DNA of 64,000 bases from contig NW_026935471.1 in the NCBI RefSeq assembly GCF_032062105.1, forward strand, positions 124,001-188,000, given 5' to 3'. Position 1 is the first letter of the stretch. Every line of letters begins with the position of its first letter. Positions 61,729-64,000 of the stretch are shown in pieces. This stretch comes from Saccostrea cucullata (taxonomy: Eukaryota). The translations under genes and the position numbers were made by a program. Below the pieces are notes generated by a model. The model saw nothing but the letters and a program-made list of their open reading frames with translations. It had not been told where the DNA came from and ran no database searches.

Positions 61729-64000
61729 TCAACGAATCAATTTACTCCTCAAACCGAAGACAAATTTTATGTTCGACTGAAAGACCTTGCTTGTAGATTT
61801 GTGATACAGTTGATCAATGAATGCATTCAACTTTCGTCTTATTGGTCGACTTGTAAAATACATGCAGCTGCTCGTAAACATGATATTTATTTCGTACAAA
61901 ATGTTTTTGAAGTAAACAAAAAAATGAAGATATGGAATTTCTGTGATGTAACCCCCCAAAATGCGTTAGCCCAATGACCGGGTTATTTGGGAACACTTCA
62001 AAGGATCCCAGGGAAGGCAGTATATAGCTAAAGAATGCCAGTCCAACCACGAGGTTCATTTGATGTTGTGACCTTGAACAAGCCCGAGTTTGCATTGTTG
62101 CGCGTCGCTCGGCGGAAATTCTGGGCTGTGCTTCCCTTGGCATATTTGTACTTATTAATGTGCGACCGAATTTTACGGCAGGAGATAAAATGAATGATCG
62201 GCATTCCTAAGTAATCGTCTAAAGTTTTGTGAACACATGACCGAATTGCTTATCAAATATCGTCTAATTTTCTTAAACTACAATTTGATTAGCCTATAAA
62301 TGTTTTCGGGATGTTACGACACTTTTTTTTTCAAAGAAAGTTGAAATTGCTTCACCTTAAATAGAAATGTTCACTTTTGCATCCTGCTCAGAAAATGCTG
62401 AAGCAATTAATCGAAAAATCTAAAAAATCATCTCAATAAAAAGTTAATGAGAAATACCACGACCGACTTAGAGTCAAGGGAAAAAGTGGTCATGTATACA
62501 TATATTTAGAAGATGTATTACCGGTATGATAATTATACCTACTCCAGTTAAAAAGGTAATACATTCTTGATTAACAATGTAACTAAATGTATAAGTAAAT
62601 GAAAGGAAAATGTATATTCATTAGAGTTATAGAAGGGTTTATAGAAACCTACCATTTAACAAGCACTTCTTCAAAGAATAGTTGATCTTTGCTAAACGTT
62701 GGCCTATATCTCGCTGATCTTAAATGTAGGACTTGCACCACCTTTTCAATTACGCACGAACGCAATGTAAGTTACTGTGCTTTACAAAGCTTTCTTAGAT
62801 ATACCAATTCGCATATATACTAAAAGAAAAGGATCAAAGGATCCTAGAATCGCAGAATAAATTGTAAATATGACTTTTGCAATTTTTTTTTTATCTGAAG
62901 AAGCTTCATCTGCTTATTCATTTCAAATTTGATTTGCATGATTTTGTTTATCAAGATGATCACTTGAAAGAACTATTATCTCGAGTCTGTTAATTGAAAT
63001 TGTAACTGTACATGAATTTCAGGTATTTGTACTGTATAGTTCAAATTAGTATCGTGGAATAGAGATTTTAATGGTTTAGATGAATATTTTCCTCCAACGC
63101 TCTTGTAAAATTTTCAGTACCATAATATGAAACTTTGTAGCATATTGCAATGGAAATTTTATCAGTTGTAAAAATCATGCTTTAACACCTTTCTGCTGTG
63201 AACCGTTTTATTGGTTATTTCCATAAACATTATAAATAGATTATGAAGTATAACATAGAGGCCTAACAATGTATTTTACGTCCTTTAAAAAAAAATTAGA
63301 TACTACAAAAGGAATTTTTACTATATAATTATATATGTAGGACTTGACAAACCTATTTGTTTATGGGTCATTAAAAGTAGGGAAAAGAGATGATGCATAG
63401 TATTTATAAAGTTATAATAAAAATTCCTAGATTCCTCCGAGCATGGAAAAGTAGAATGATTTTGTAAGAGGTGTGCATTCATTGTGACTCTGTAAACCAG
63501 TTTCTCTGTCCTTGACGTACAGCGCTGTTTGAATGAAGGCAAACTTTTCAAAAGTATTTCACACGACGTAAAACAAGTTAACAACAATGTCAAAGTCATA
63601 TTGTAGGTGTCAATATCGAAACAAGAGACTTGCAAAATACGCTTTCATTTTTTTTTTTATTATTTACAAAATGTTTTATTTCTTTACTTGTTAAACTTTT
63701 TATTTTCATCTCAGGCATTGTAAACGTTGGTAAAATACAGTATTCTTTAATGCAAAATGTTGACTCAATATTTGGAATACAAGCACGACTCTCAACACGC
63801 CAAACTGGAACCACGTGGACCCCGTGAAATACTAAAATAATATATATATCCAAAATTTGCAACGTAATAGTATTGATCACGATCAGATGTCCCATATTCT
63901 CTTCATTCATAACGACAACAAATAGCCTTATCTACCTCCTACCCGCTATAACAAGCACGGCCAAGACAAATGATCCGGCCCCTGGCACCTTGCCAGAGCT
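61729..64000 (-). pseudogene. Probable decayed rhodopsin-class GPCR (TM3-TM7 remnants; runs off the window end)
   Basis: GSFVLAVLVIAGRR*IRL (TM3/DRY-like, TAG at 63934-63932), hydrophobic TM4-like ILVFHGVHVV, TM6-like MNLVVGLAFFSYILP (ORF 61814-62143), TM7/helix-8-like ILYEINIMFTSSCMYFTSRPIRRKL in another frame after a G6 run. Segments are in the correct order but in several frames. Confidence 0.42.

Overview
AT-rich eukaryotic genomic DNA. The repeat content (Cg170-like ~166-bp satellite inside Helentron-type non-autonomous elements, Deu/Nin-domain tRNA-SINEs) points to a bivalve, most likely an oyster (inference). Most of the supplied short ORFs are spurious because the real genes are spliced. 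Layout: (1) 664-1666, last two coding exons of a + strand gene ending in a WD40-like repeat; (2) ~4.7-6.05 kb, a 35-bp minisatellite; (3) ~6-50 kb, a largely non-coding tract with SINEs, HINEs, foldback MITEs, a possible solo LTR, long palindromes and a TATA+Inr promoter heading a candidate spliced lncRNA/sORF transcript; (4) the main feature, 50831-61708, an apparently intact 10.9-kb DNA transposon with perfect 16-bp TIRs (GGTACTTGTTTACTCA) and a TTAA target-site duplication (Kolobok-type ends). By hand I spliced 9 minus-strand GT-AG exons into one uninterrupted 882-aa ORF: a DDE ('Mutator-like' domain family) transposase fused to a complete DEDDh 3'-5' exonuclease with a PML/Exuperantia-like C-terminal extension. 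The element also carries a 6 x 193-bp subterminal array and several nested MITEs/HINEs, all confined to introns; (5) 61729-64000, a probable decayed rhodopsin-class GPCR. All family assignments are motif recognition by eye; no database searches were run.
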